NCBI GenBank assembly: GCA_002633005.1
Contig: NMRA01000113.1
Location: 207,683-271,682, forward strand
Direction: 5' to 3'
Length of the DNA stretch: 64,000 bases
DNA from: Phoronis australis
Lineage: Eukaryota > Animalia > Phoronida
In this document: positions 49,501 to 60,893 of the stretch, piece after piece
Numbering within the stretch: position 1 is the stretch's first letter
Layout: each line of letters begins with the position of its first letter
Notes under the pieces: model-generated
Seen by the model: the letters and a program-made list of their open reading frames with translations, nothing else
The model's database searches: none
What the model was told of the DNA's origin: nothing
Translations under genes and position numbers: made by a program

Positions 49501-51266
49501 CGACAACGTTTTGGCTGACGGACTCTCACGTTTACCATCACCATGTAACGCTGAACCTATCGATCTAGACGTCCGAGTTGATACTGTTCGCTTCTCAACG
49601 AATTGCATCGAGGAACTGAGAAACTGCACTGCGGCTGACCCCCTACTCAACCAGCTGAGAGAAATCATCATTATGGGATGGCCAGAGATGATTAAGCAGC
49701 TACCAACTGATGTCAGAGCATTCTGGGGCCTAAGAGATCAGCTCTCAGTAGACAATGGCCTCATCCTAAAGGGGCAACAGATCGTAATTCTTCAGACCCT
49801 GCAAGAAGACATACTGAAACAACTCCATACTGCCCACCTGGGACAAGAGAAAACCAAACTCCTAGCTAAGGACACTGTGTACTGGGTAAACATAAACAAA
49901 GATATCGACCGGTTCACCAAGTCATGCAGCATATGCCAGCACCATCAACCATCCCAGATGTCGGAGCCACTACTGCAACATGACATTCCAACAAAGCCAT
50001 GGGATGTTGTAGGTACCGACCTGTTTGAGCTCCACGAGTCCCAGTGGCTGATCATAGTCGACTACTACTCTAAGTATCCTGTAGTACGACAGCTAGTCCT
50101 ACTCCTTCACCAAGCAGCGTTGTTGTAAACATCACAAGCCAAGTCTTCGCGGAGCTCGGTATACCGTCCAAAGTTGTAAGTGACAATGGGCCACACTTCT
50201 CCAGCGCTGCCTATCGTGAATTTGCTATGGAGTGGGGATTCCACCATGAGACAACCTCACCTCGGAGACCACAGGGAAATGGTTTCGTAGAGCGCCAGGT
50301 GAAGACTATAAAGACTATCCTCAGGAAGGCCAAGCAGTCTGGCACCACATCTGAAATCGCATTGTTGCACTGGCGTTGCACTCCAATCTCAAATGACTTG
50401 CCAAGTCCAGCACAGCTACTAATGGGTAGACGAATCCAGTCTCTGCTTGCTACGAAAATCGCAAATGATCACCAAAACAAGGATCAAGTATATGGTGCTC
50501 TCCAGCAACGACAAGAGAACCAGAAGAAATATTTTGACCGACACTCACTCAAAGAGGAAGTACCACCTCTGTACCCTGGTCAGAAAGTTAGAGTACAACA
50601 CCCCGTGTCTGGAATTAAGCTGGGATCCAGCTATCGTAGTATCCCAGGCAGATGGTCCTCGTTCCTTCCTGCTAAGAAATGTAAATGGACACGTGTTCCG
50701 AAGAAACAGTCAACACATACGAGACATCCCCATAACACCAAGTGTATCAACAGCTCCAGATGTTTCGAAGGCTGCTCAGACCAAACACGTGACATTTACA
50801 GAACCACCTGTACGCGAAACCCCAACCTTGCCCACTTACTCGCAACACCATACTCGTAGTGGCAGGATTGTGAAACGACCACCAAAGATGGACTTGTAGT
50901 GTTATGAGCATTTATTCACACTTAGATCTTAAGTACTTACTTTAGATAGCTTACATACAGCAGGTATATACCTCGGGGCAGAATAACCCCCCTACCATGC
51001 TGTGGCTGTTCAGTAGTCCACCTGAACTAGCCTAGTGTTTTATACATCGCATTTTTTTATTTGATAGTAATTGTCTAAGGATTTCCTTTCTTGGTAAAAG
51101 GGGGATGTGATGATATCGTTCCACATTTTATAGCTGCTCACGGTTTACTGCCCGATCCAACTTTTAACATACCCCTTGCCGGAAGTTCAATAATATACAT
51201 CGTATGCCCTTGTCAGTCAATCATTGTGCTTTTATTACAACATTACATGCCATAATCGGCATGACA
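46532..51266 (+). mobile_element. Element A: full-length Ty3/Gypsy (Mag/SURL-like) LTR retrotransposon with disrupted gag-pol
   Basis: TSD GGGCT (46527-46531 / 51267-51271); LTRs 46532-46662 and 51106-51266 (TG…CA); PBS tggtggcaacgg (tRNA-Leu type); polypurine tract aaaagggggga before the 3' LTR; gag CCHC, protease VDIGA, RT IADD, RNase H, integrase. Confidence 0.95.
46849..50899 (+). pseudogene. Element A gag-pol (one in-frame stop, about three frameshifts)
   Basis: ORF pieces 46849-47445, 47542-48072, 48020-50128, 50227-50859, 50447-50899; TTG at the expected start; TGA at 47443. Confidence 0.9.
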
Positions 51267-53632
51267 GGGCTTGCCTCCCTTTGTGAATTATAGAGATCGT
51301 GTCACTTTTGTAATAGTATTATGACTGCATGGAACTACACTTACCTTATATGGCACAATTAGTTAGAATGGTTTATTATATAAGTCTTGCCAAACAGTTC
51401 TATGAAATGTGACTCATATGCATGTGGTCTTGTGTATTGCAAAAACATGTTGTTATACAGTAGTTAGTCAGTCCGCAAAAGTAGTGTTCAAGTAAAGACG
51501 TCTTCTTCACTCCTCTCTCCACAAGCCATTACATGGTGTCAGGAGTTAGCGATTTGTTTATTCAGTTGTTGCTTATGTGATGTATGAATGATTTAGTTTA
51601 CGCCATTTACTATTTTTAGAGAACACGTGTTATGTTATGTAGTCACATGACGGTTTCACCATCAGTTTGTAGTTGTACGTTCACTGCTTGTATTACCACG
51701 GTCACGAATAGACGTATTTCATTATCACTCGAATAATTGTTGTTCCTTCCACTCTGGCTACCCAACGATAAACATAACATTGGCGATGAGAAATGGCTTC
51801 AAGGACGATTCAGTTTGAGGAGTACAACAAAAAGGATGATATGGACATTGGAACGTTTGGAACTGAGGTCGTGGTTAGGCATGATAAATTTTCAGGCTCA
51901 ATTTATCCCAAACTTATCCTCCATAATTTATCCCCTGAACGAATTGCTGGGGAAAGTTCCGTTTAGATGGACAAAACAATGCGAGGATGGGTTTGCAAAA
52001 GTAAAGAAAACGATCAGTTCAGACAAATTGTTAGCTCATTATGATCCCACTTTACCACTGGAACTTGTGGTTGATGCTAGTCCTTATGGACTCGGTGCAG
52101 CAATTTTGCACGTGTACGATAGAAATGTTCGGAAACCGGTTGCTTTTGCATCCCGCAGCTTGGGAAAACATGAACGCGGGTACGCGCAATTAGACAAAGA
52201 AGCTTTGTCGATTATGTTCGGTTTGCGGAAGTTTCACGCATACCTATACGGAAGGAACTTTACAATATGTACGGACCATAAACCGTTGGAAAGAATCTTG
52301 GGTCCTAAAACGGCAATACCGACGCTTGCCGTGCAGAGATTGCAACGATGGGCAGTGACCTTGTCAGCTTTCAATTATGACATACGATACATCACGTCTA
52401 AACAGAATGCTATCGCTGACGTTCTACCATGGTTGCCACTGCCTACCACAAGGGGTGAAGGAGAAGAAGCCAACTGCATCGAAACCAAACAATTGGATGG
52501 ACTTCCTGTCAGCAGCAAGGCCATTAGTCATGCTACAAGGAACGATCCTGTTCTGTCACGAGTGATACATTTTGTATAGCACGGGTGGCCTAACGAAATT
52601 GACGACGTGCGGTTTACACCATTCCTCAGAGGAAAACATGAGCTCACGACCGAGCAAGGGTGTATCATATGGGGAATGCGTGTGGTTATTCCCGAGAAAT
52701 ACCGCAAGGATATACTTGACGAATTACACAATGCACATGTAGGTATTGTGCGAATGAAAGAACTTACTCGCAGTTACGTACGGTGGCCTCAAGTTGACCA
52801 GGATATTGAACAGTTGGTGCGAACAAACAAGTGCGAAATTTACCGCCAGCGACACCACTAATGCCCTGGGTGTGGCCAAGTAAGCCTTGGCACCATGTTC
52901 ACACGGACTTCGCGGAAAAGGACGGTCAACACTTTCTGATAGTGATTGACGCTCACTCAAAGTGGCCGGAAATATTCCATATGACCAGCACGTCATATGC
53001 GACCATTGCAGTTTTGCGAGAGTTATTTGGTAGATATAGAGTACCAGTACAATTCGTTAGTGATGAGTCCACAATTTATAAGCCAAGAGTTCAAACATTT
53101 CTTGAAAATGAATGCGGTTAAGCAAGTGCTAGTTGCACCGTACCACGCAGCGAGTAACGGGGCAGCAGAATGAATGGTACAATTGTTCAAACGTGCGCTG
53201 AGTACGAGCAAGTCAAATGGAAAGTCGCTTGCACAACGGATTGCGAGTTTTCTGTTGTCGTACCGTTCGACAACACACGCCACTACCGGACAGTCTCCTG
53301 CATTTTTATTTCTGGGTCGCGAACTCAGAATGCGGTTATCTGCAATACACCCCAGCGTGGAGGAAAAAGTGCTTGATAAGCAGGAGAGTCAAAAGTGTTA
53401 TTATGACACGAAATGCCACCAACGGGACTTTGTGGTCGGTGAAGAGGTGTTTGTCAAAGATTTCCGAGTAAAAGAAAAATGGTGGCCGGCTACAGTGATG
53501 GAGGAAACCGCACCGAAGTCATATGTGGTTGTATTAGAACACGGTCAAGTGTGGAAACGACATGTAGACCAGACGGGCACACGACATCTGTCATCAGACA
53601 TGTCCAAATCTCGCGATCAACACGATGACACA

Positions 53633-56600
53633 TGTAGTATAAGTGACTTTGTTATTACGGACACACACGGACGACCATCTTACGATTGTAGATCGACGTA
53701 GTTTCAGTGTTCCCAATAAACCTAGTTTATTCTTATTATTCTACATGGTGGCAGCTTTTTAAGTACACGATGGAACTCATTAAGCCTCCTAGCGAAGATC
53801 TAGACCTCAATTCAGGCAATGTCTCTGAAAACTGGAGGAGATTTCGGCAAAAGTTTGAAGTGTATCTCGTGGCGAGTGGGGCCACTGATTTCTCCGACGA
53901 ACGGAAGGTGGCGCTATTCTTACATTGCGTTGGAGACGACGCATTGGTGTTGTATAACACTATCAGTTTTGAAAATGAAGAGGCCTCCAAAAACTTGGAT
54001 ATTGTCCTGACCAAGTTTGAAGAATTTTGTTCACCAAGAAAAAATGTTACATATGAACGTTACAAATTCCACAGCAGAAAACAAATGGAGGGAGAAACCA
54101 TCAAAAATTTTGTGACACACTTGCGCACACTGGCGCAAACGTGTGAGTTCGGGGAACTTGAAAAATCTTTGATAAAAGATCAGCTCGTTCTCGGTGTCCG
54201 TGATGATGGGTTGCGCGCTAAACTGCTGCGCCAGGGCGGGCAGGCGGACGGTCTTTCTCTCGAAGCGGCGTTAGACTCGTGTCACGCGGCAGAAGCCTCG
54301 GGTATGCAGTTTCGCGAAATTACAGCCACAGTGGGGGATTCGACATCGGTAGGTGCGGTAAACGAAATCTCAAAGTGCTCTCGGTGCGGTAAAACGGCAC
54401 ACGGGACTGGTGAGAGATGTCCTGCGCGATCGTCGGAATGTCGGAAATGTAAGCGGCGGGGCCACTGGGCTGTTGCATGTAAAACTCACCTCCAACAAGA
54501 AGGGGTGAAAGAAGTCTCTACCGGACTGGGTAATGGGAAACACGAGGAAATGCCTCGAGAGTTCTTAGGTGAAATAACGCCAGGTGAAAACGACATTGTA
54601 AAACCCCTTCGCGTATTCACCCAGGGAGGTTTTGACAAAACGTTTGAATTTAAACTAGACACTGGTGCGGGCGTAACGGTATTGCCGTGTGCGGGTGGCC
54701 CGTGGCCAAAACTCAATCAGTCTCAGAAACGGTTGTTTGCGACTGGAAATATCGAATTGGATGTTCCGGGTTGCTTTGACGCCACAGTTCAATACAAGGA
54801 TAAAACTTTGCGTGAAACCGTGTACGTTGTTACCGGACAGGCCACCGGTTTGTTGTCTCGGAGGCTATCAATAGGACTGGGGTTGATCAAGGTAGTCGAT
54901 TCTGTTGATGACGGTCCCCGGAATATTGCCGACGGCTCTCTAGGTCGGTTAAAAGGACGTCAGTACAGCATTAAATTAGACGATAAGCACGAGCCCCACG
55001 CTATTTTCACGGCTCGTCCGGTACCGATTCCGCTTCGTCCGGTCGTCGAAGCTGAACTTCGACGTATGGAATCGATAGGCGTAATACGGCCCATAGAGGA
55101 ACCCACCGACTGGGTGTCACCTATGGTTGTGGTCCCAAAAGAGGACGGAAAGGTTAGAATTTGTTCTGACATGACGAAACTAAACGCAGCGGTCAAAAGG
55201 GAGGTATTTCCGATGGCGAATGTCGAGGACAGTTTAGCCCAGCTTAGTAAAGGCCGCGTGTTCTCGAAACTGGATGCAAATAGCGGGTTTTGGCAAATTG
55301 AACTCGCACCGGAGTCGCAAAAACTCACAACCTTTCTCTCGCCATTCGGTAGATATTGCTATTGCCGTTTGCCTTTCGGTCTGGCTAGCGCACCGGAGGT
55401 TTTTTCCCGCGAAATGTCCTCCGTGTTGGAGGGGTTGTCAGGCGTAGTGGTTCATATGGACGACATTCTTGTTTATGGCGCGTCAATGGAAGAACACGAT
55501 ATACGCTTGTCTGCAGTGCTAAAACGAATCGAACATTCTGGACTTACACTGAATCCAGAGAAATGCGTTTACCGCCAAACGGAAGTCAAGTTTCTGGGGA
55601 ATATTATTGACTCTGAGGGTATTCGGCCAGACCCTAAAGCTATTGACAGTATAGTTAAAATACCCGAACCCAAGAACGTCAAGGAACTTCAAAGTTTCCT
55701 GGGGGCCATTAATCAGTACGGAAAGTTTTCCCCTAAGTTTGCTGAACTTGCTGCCCCGTTGCGCGCTTTGCTGCGCAAAGATTCTGTGTGGCGTTGGGAC
55801 TGTGCCCAAACGGAGGCATTTGCATCGGTCAAACAAGAATTGAGCAAACCCCACGTACTTGCCCAGTTCGATGTTTCACTCAAAACTATCGTTACTGCGG
55901 ACGCTAGCCTTCATGGCCTGGGAGCAACTCTCTCGCAGGTACAGCCGGACGGTACGCGTCGCTTAGTTGCAGCGGCATCGAGATCGCTTTCGCAGACTGA
56001 GTCGAATTATACAAGTATTGAGCGTGAATGCCTTGCTCTGACATGGGCATGTGATCGTTACCGGAACTATATTGTGGGGTTGAAAGTGATTCTCGAGACT
56101 GATCATAAACCCTTGATTCCCATCCTCTCAACTAAAGATGTCAACAATCTGACTCCCCGGTTACAAAGACTACGCTTAAGGCTAATGCGTTTTGATTTTG
56201 AAGTATTGCATCTTCCCGGCAAAGACAACTTAATCGCGGACATGCTGTCGAGAAACCCCAGCTCCGAGGACCGGGATGAAGTGCTCGAATTAAGCACCGA
56301 ACTGTTCGCGAAAGTAGCGGTACAAAACTTACCTGCTACAAGCAGGAGGCTAGAGGAAATTAAGCATGCACAAGCATTGGATGAGGTGTGTCAAAAGGTC
56401 GCATCGTTTTGCAAAACGTCTTGGCCAAAATATTTGTCGTCTCAAGAAAGTATCTTGAAGCCGTACTGGGATGTTCAGCACGAGTTGACTTTGGTCGATG
56501 GACTGCTTATGAAGGGTCATTGCATCGTGATTCCTTCCTGTGAAAGATTAGATGTCTTACAACGTATCCATGTCGGTCATCTCGGTATCACGAAATGTCG

Positions 56601-57785
56601 CGAGCGTGCCAAAGCCTGTGTATGGTGGCCTGGCATGTCATTGGCTATCGAGGACATGGTTAAGGCGTGTCGTCGCTGCCGTGAGCATCAGTCGGTAAAA
56701 CGCGAGCCACTCCAGACGACGGAATGGCCCGATGGACCATGGCAAACGCTAGGGACAGATTTGTTTGAATACAAAGGCTCACAGTATCTATTGGTGGTAG
56801 ACTATTATTCGCGGTACCCTGAGATAGCCAAACTAGAAGCGGCGACATCCAGCTGTGTGATTAACCACATGAAGTCAATTTTCGCAAGGCATGGAATTCC
56901 GTTCGTGGTTCGGTCGGACAATGGGCCCTGCTATGCTTCCGCAGAGTTCGCTAACTTTGCAAAGGACTATGATTTCATCCTTCTGACGAGTTCCCCAAAG
57001 TACCCGCAGGCGAACGGGGAAGCAGAAAGATTCGTGGAGACTGTAAAGGGTCTCTTGCGTAAATGTGACGACCCTTACCTGGCCTTATTGTCATATCGAA
57101 ATACTCCCATAGCGAATGGAGAGTCACCCGCTCGTTTACTTATGAACCGAACTCTTCGAACGACTTTGCCGTCAGTTCCTGATGCTAGACCAGTCGAACT
57201 CGATCGTGACTCCCTGCGGATAAAGGAAAACGACTACAAAATTCAAATGGCAAAAGTATTTGATTCCCGGCACCGTGCACGGGAGATTCCTACATACCAT
57301 GAAGGTCAGTCGGTAATGATTCGCGATATGAAACGTCCGGCAGTTGTGGTGCAGGATAAGGACCGCTCCGTGACTCTCGAGACTGATAAAGGTAGCATAA
57401 CGCGAAATAGGCGAGATGTCATGATGATGCCTCCACCACCACCCGATGATTCAGTACCGGCGGTACTCCCAACTTCACCGACTCATTCGCTGCGTAGTCC
57501 AAGCCACCGTGTTCGAAAACCACCCATCCGTTATTGATTTGAGGACTGATGATATTGATAGTGAACGATGACTTTTTATTATGAATTCCAACTTGGCGTT
57601 CATTAGTTGTGTTATTTTTGTTGTTGCATATCGTTTAGTGTAATTTTATCTTTAAGAGACTTGAGGGGGAGATGTAGTATAAGTGACTTTGTTATTACGG
57701 ACACACACGGACGACCGCCTTACGATTGTAGATCGACGTAGTTTCAGTGTTCCCAATAAACCTAGTTTATTCTTATTATTCTACA
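53633..57785 (+). mobile_element. Element C: intact compact Ty3/Gypsy (Mag/SURL-like) retrotransposon
   Basis: TSD ACACA (53628-53632 / 57786-57790); 113-bp LTRs 53633-53745 and 57673-57785 with 2 adjacent differences; PBS tggtggcagc; purine tract gagggggaga. Confidence 0.97.
53770..57537 (+). CDS. Element C gag-pol polyprotein (1255 aa): Gag with two zinc knuckles, protease, RT, RNase H, integrase
   Basis: Uninterrupted ORF from ATG 53770; CRKCKRRGHWAVAC, LDTGA, HMDDILV, DAS…ETDHKPL, HVGH…CRRC, SDNGP…AER. Confidence 0.95.
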   Translation: MELIKPPSEDLDLNSGNVSENWRRFRQKFEVYLVASGATDFSDERKVALFLHCVGDDALVLYNTISFENEEASKNLDIVLTKFEEFCSPRKNVTYERYKFHSRKQMEGETIKNFVTHLRTLAQTCEFGELEKSLIKDQLVLGVRDDGLRAKLLRQGGQADGLSLEAALDSCHAAEASGMQFREITATVGDSTSVGAVNEISKCSRCGKTAHGTGERCPARSSECRKCKRRGHWAVACKTHLQQEGVKEVSTGLGNGKHEEMPREFLGEITPGENDIVKPLRVFTQGGFDKTFEFKLDTGAGVTVLPCAGGPWPKLNQSQKRLFATGNIELDVPGCFDATVQYKDKTLRETVYVVTGQATGLLSRRLSIGLGLIKVVDSVDDGPRNIADGSLGRLKGRQYSIKLDDKHEPHAIFTARPVPIPLRPVVEAELRRMESIGVIRPIEEPTDWVSPMVVVPKEDGKVRICSDMTKLNAAVKREVFPMANVEDSLAQLSKGRVFSKLDANSGFWQIELAPESQKLTTFLSPFGRYCYCRLPFGLASAPEVFSREMSSVLEGLSGVVVHMDDILVYGASMEEHDIRLSAVLKRIEHSGLTLNPEKCVYRQTEVKFLGNIIDSEGIRPDPKAIDSIVKIPEPKNVKELQSFLGAINQYGKFSPKFAELAAPLRALLRKDSVWRWDCAQTEAFASVKQELSKPHVLAQFDVSLKTIVTADASLHGLGATLSQVQPDGTRRLVAAASRSLSQTESNYTSIERECLALTWACDRYRNYIVGLKVILETDHKPLIPILSTKDVNNLTPRLQRLRLRLMRFDFEVLHLPGKDNLIADMLSRNPSSEDRDEVLELSTELFAKVAVQNLPATSRRLEEIKHAQALDEVCQKVASFCKTSWPKYLSSQESILKPYWDVQHELTLVDGLLMKGHCIVIPSCERLDVLQRIHVGHLGITKCRERAKACVWWPGMSLAIEDMVKACRRCREHQSVKREPLQTTEWPDGPWQTLGTDLFEYKGSQYLLVVDYYSRYPEIAKLEAATSSCVINHMKSIFARHGIPFVVRSDNGPCYASAEFANFAKDYDFILLTSSPKYPQANGEAERFVETVKGLLRKCDDPYLALLSYRNTPIANGESPARLLMNRTLRTTLPSVPDARPVELDRDSLRIKENDYKIQMAKVFDSRHRAREIPTYHEGQSVMIRDMKRPAVVVQDKDRSVTLETDKGSITRNRRDVMMMPPPPPDDSVPAVLPTSPTHSLRSPSHRVRKPPIRY

Positions 57786-59945
57786 ACACACTTGGAGTAT
57801 CACCGGTACTTAACCCAGTTGTCAACAGAGATTCTGAGACAGCACCGGAAACTGCTGTTAGTAAACCGGAGTTGGCCGAAGCAGAATCGCCTACATAGCG
57901 TTCGGACATCTCAGACTCAGTGGAGGCTAAAATGCCAGACGTGCGATTGCCGAGATGTTCAAAGCGAACTGTGAAACAAACAGAGAGACTGGATTTGTAA
58001 ATATCTGTGACAAACATTTGTTTAACAGGCTCTTATGTAGTGTTGTATTTATTCTAGTTGTTTACGATATGTAGTTTCAGCTCAGGAGGAAAGAGTGTGA
58101 TGTATGAATGATTTAGTTTACGTCATGTACTATTTTTAGAGAACACGTGTTATGTTATGTAGTCACGTGAAGGTTTCACCATCAGTTTGTAGTTTTACGT
58201 TCACTGCTTGTATTACCATGATCATGAATAGACGTATTTCATTATCACTCGAATAATTGTTGTTCCTTCCACTCTGGCTACCCAACGATAACGTAACAGC
58301 TTACTGTTCTAAACAATGGCTGCTAAGCTAGACAGTTGAGCTCGCCAGAACCGTTTGTACAACTAGAGACTGACAAAACAGGAGAAAGTTGGAGCCAGTG
58401 GCGAAGGCGATTTGACATTTACCTGATCGCAAGCAGACTCGAGGATGCGTCAGGTAAACAGAAAGTTAACATTTTACTTCATCTCCATGGGGCAGATGGT
58501 GTCAAATTGCTTAATACATTTGATTTGTCGCCGGAAGACAGGTATAATTTAAACGTGGTACTGAAATGTTTTGATGAACACTATGGCCACAAAAAGTACC
58601 GAAATATTCACCGACAAGCATTTTTGGAACGCAACCAGAAAGCCGATGAGTCGCTTATGGCTTTTGTTGCCGATCTGAAGCATCGCGCAAAGGGATGTGA
58701 CTATGGTGACATAGAAGACACATTTATTTGTGACAGAATTGTCAATGGTGTCCGCGACAGTTACATCAAGTTGAAACTTCTAGAAGTAAATGATTATACT
58801 TTGGAAAATGCCATTAAAATTTGCCATGCAAGTGAACTGTCACAACAGCACTTAAAAAGCCTAACAGCAGAGGACAATGTGTGTTACACAAGGCACAAGA
58901 TGTTTTGTAAAAAATGCACGAGAACGCATTACGATAATAACTGTCCTGCCAGAGGCAAAACATGTCACGCTTGTGGCAGTTTTGGCCAGTCTGCGAATTC
59001 GAAAATTTGCAAAGCACAACAGACATCCTCGCAGAGATCGCTACGACAGCAAAACCACCATCAACAACAGAGAAGAGGACAATCTAGAGGGCGTTACAGA
59101 GGCAATCGTGGTCGGAATCACCAAGGACACACGAATGTACACAGAACAGAGGTCAGGACGAAATGGCAAATATGATGGAACAATGCAATATTAAAGATAT
59201 ATTTGGTATCAATTCAAATTATCCATGTACCAATTCTGATGATTGGAATGTCACAGTACAAGTTGGTAAGTCAAAATTATCCTTAGCAATTGATACGTTT
59301 GCAGATTGCAATGTATGGTCACTAGTTACACTCAGAAAGTTAGGTAGGGAACACCTGTTAAAACACAGCAATGTTATGATCAATGGTATTCATGGCAAAC
59401 CACAGAAAGCATATGGTAAAATTGTACTGCCAGCTGTTTATAAGAATGAAAGACATATGCTAAAGTTTCTTGTACTGGACAACAGGAATTAAGTAGATTT
59501 ATTAGGATCGTGATGACAGTGTTAAATTAAATGTGGTCCAGAGAGTATTTGAAGTCGACTCGCAGAAACAAAATGCAAGTCATGACAGTTTTGTAAGAAA
59601 ATACAGTGATGTATTTGAAGAAACAATTGGGTGTATTCCAGAGGAATACGATATTCAGGTAGATTCGTCTATACCGCCAGTAGTTCACCCTCCCTGACCA
59701 GTTCCCCCTGCTATCAGAGAGCAGGTAAAACTGGAATTAGATCACTTAGAAAGGTGTGGCATTATTGCGTAAGTCACAGAGCCAACACCTTGGGTGTCTC
59801 CATTAGTATGTGTTCGGAAACGCAATAATAGAGTCAGGTTGTGCATTGATCCCTCAGCTTAAATAAGGCTATTTTGTGTGAACACCACCCGATGAGTTCA
59901 ATTGATGATATTGTAACCAGATTACATGGGAGTAAAATTTTCAGG

Positions 59946-60893
59946 TGGCGTTGTCGTAGTATTGCCACGCTTGAAGTTTGTCTCTCCCTAATTTTGTATT
60001 TTATGCACTCGTAACCTGGTTTCTGCACTTTAATTGCTATCAAGCCAGAAAGACTTTGTTTTGTGGAGGTGCTCTTTGGTGAGTTAAGTCCCATGCGTGT
60101 GTCTATTTTATGTTACTGCAAACTTTGAGTTGTCTCCCTGTCATTGCTGAAAGAGTGGTCGGACATTTTGATATTCTCGACCTACATCGATTGTGAAGCT
60201 ATTGTTACGTAATTGATGTCTCAACATGCCTCCCAAGAACACTCTAACCAGTAGTAGGCCACTGACCCGGGGGATCACGTCTTATTAACTCAACCGGACC
60301 CCTCTACGTCTGACATTTCTAACAGGGAGCTATTGAAACTTTTGAATGATAAATTTGAGAACTTGAAATCAGATGTATTTAAAGAACTAGATGCTCTGCG
60401 ACAAGACTACTACGCAACACGAGAGAAAAATCGTCATCTACATGAAAAGGTGAAATACCTTGAGTCTAAATTAGACGACCTAGAGAATCGATCAAGACGC
60501 GACAACTTGATCTTTCATGGCATACCGAAGGAGAATCACGAATCGTGGGAACAGTCTGATTTTTTTAAAGACTGCCTGGATGTTGATGGTGTCATAATCG
60601 AACGAGCTCACAGACTTGGCCGCAAAACTGCAAACAAACATCGCCCGATAATCGCAAAAATGAGGTCTAAAGATAAAGACAAGGTTCTACAGAATAAGAA
60701 GAACAATAACACTGATATCTTCATCACTCAGGACTTCTCCGCACCTGTGAAGAAGGCGAGGCGGCATCTGTATGAATTCTCACGTGGTAAGAACTGGACA
60801 ATTGCAAAGATTAGGTACGACAAATTAATATATCAAGGTCGTGTTTATGTGTACAATGTCGAATCAGATGAGGTGATGGACCACAAGCCCTGA
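59946..60893 (+). mobile_element. Non-LTR retrotransposon 5' fragment: UTR plus ORF1 (L1-like coiled-coil/RRM, Transposase_22 type)
   Basis: ORF 60333-60893: LESKLDDLENRSRRDNLIFHGIPKE…IERAHRLGRK…RPIIAK…IFITQDFS; likely frameshifted start MPPK at 60226; no ORF2 follows. Confidence 0.8.

Larger units (their letters stand above)
51576..58298 (+). mobile_element. Element B: internally deleted Gypsy element, host of element C
   Basis: TSD GCTTA (51571-51575 / 58299-58303); LTRs 51576-51779 and 58096-58298 with about 10 differences; PBS tggcgatgag (tRNA-Ser GCU type); purine tract aggaggaaagag; gag start runs directly into RT-thumb/RNase H (ELRSWLGMINF); integrase has stops and frameshifts. Confidence 0.92.
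51309..59945 (+). mobile_element. Element Z: 5' part of a Gypsy element (LTR, PBS, gag, protease, partial RT), interrupted by element B
   Basis: LTR 51309-51533 with TGTAAT…ATTACA termini; PBS tggtgtcaggag (tRNA-Leu CAG type); 5' UTR split by B; gag 58316-59175, protease IDTFAD 59163-59492, RT N-terminal part with stops to about 59945. Confidence 0.8.

Noticed and set aside
46521-51533. One LTR shared by two tandem elements (polypurine tract upstream, PBS downstream)
   Set aside because: Internal TGTAAT…ATTACA termini define a separate LTR at 51309-51533, and the upstream GPF-type integrase tail does not fit the Mag-like internal region downstream; two nested elements is simpler
53707-53769. 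ORF-track N-terminus of the 1276-aa protein
   Set aside because: Starts at a GTG inside the LTR/PBS; the first ATG at 53770 gives a typical Gag start
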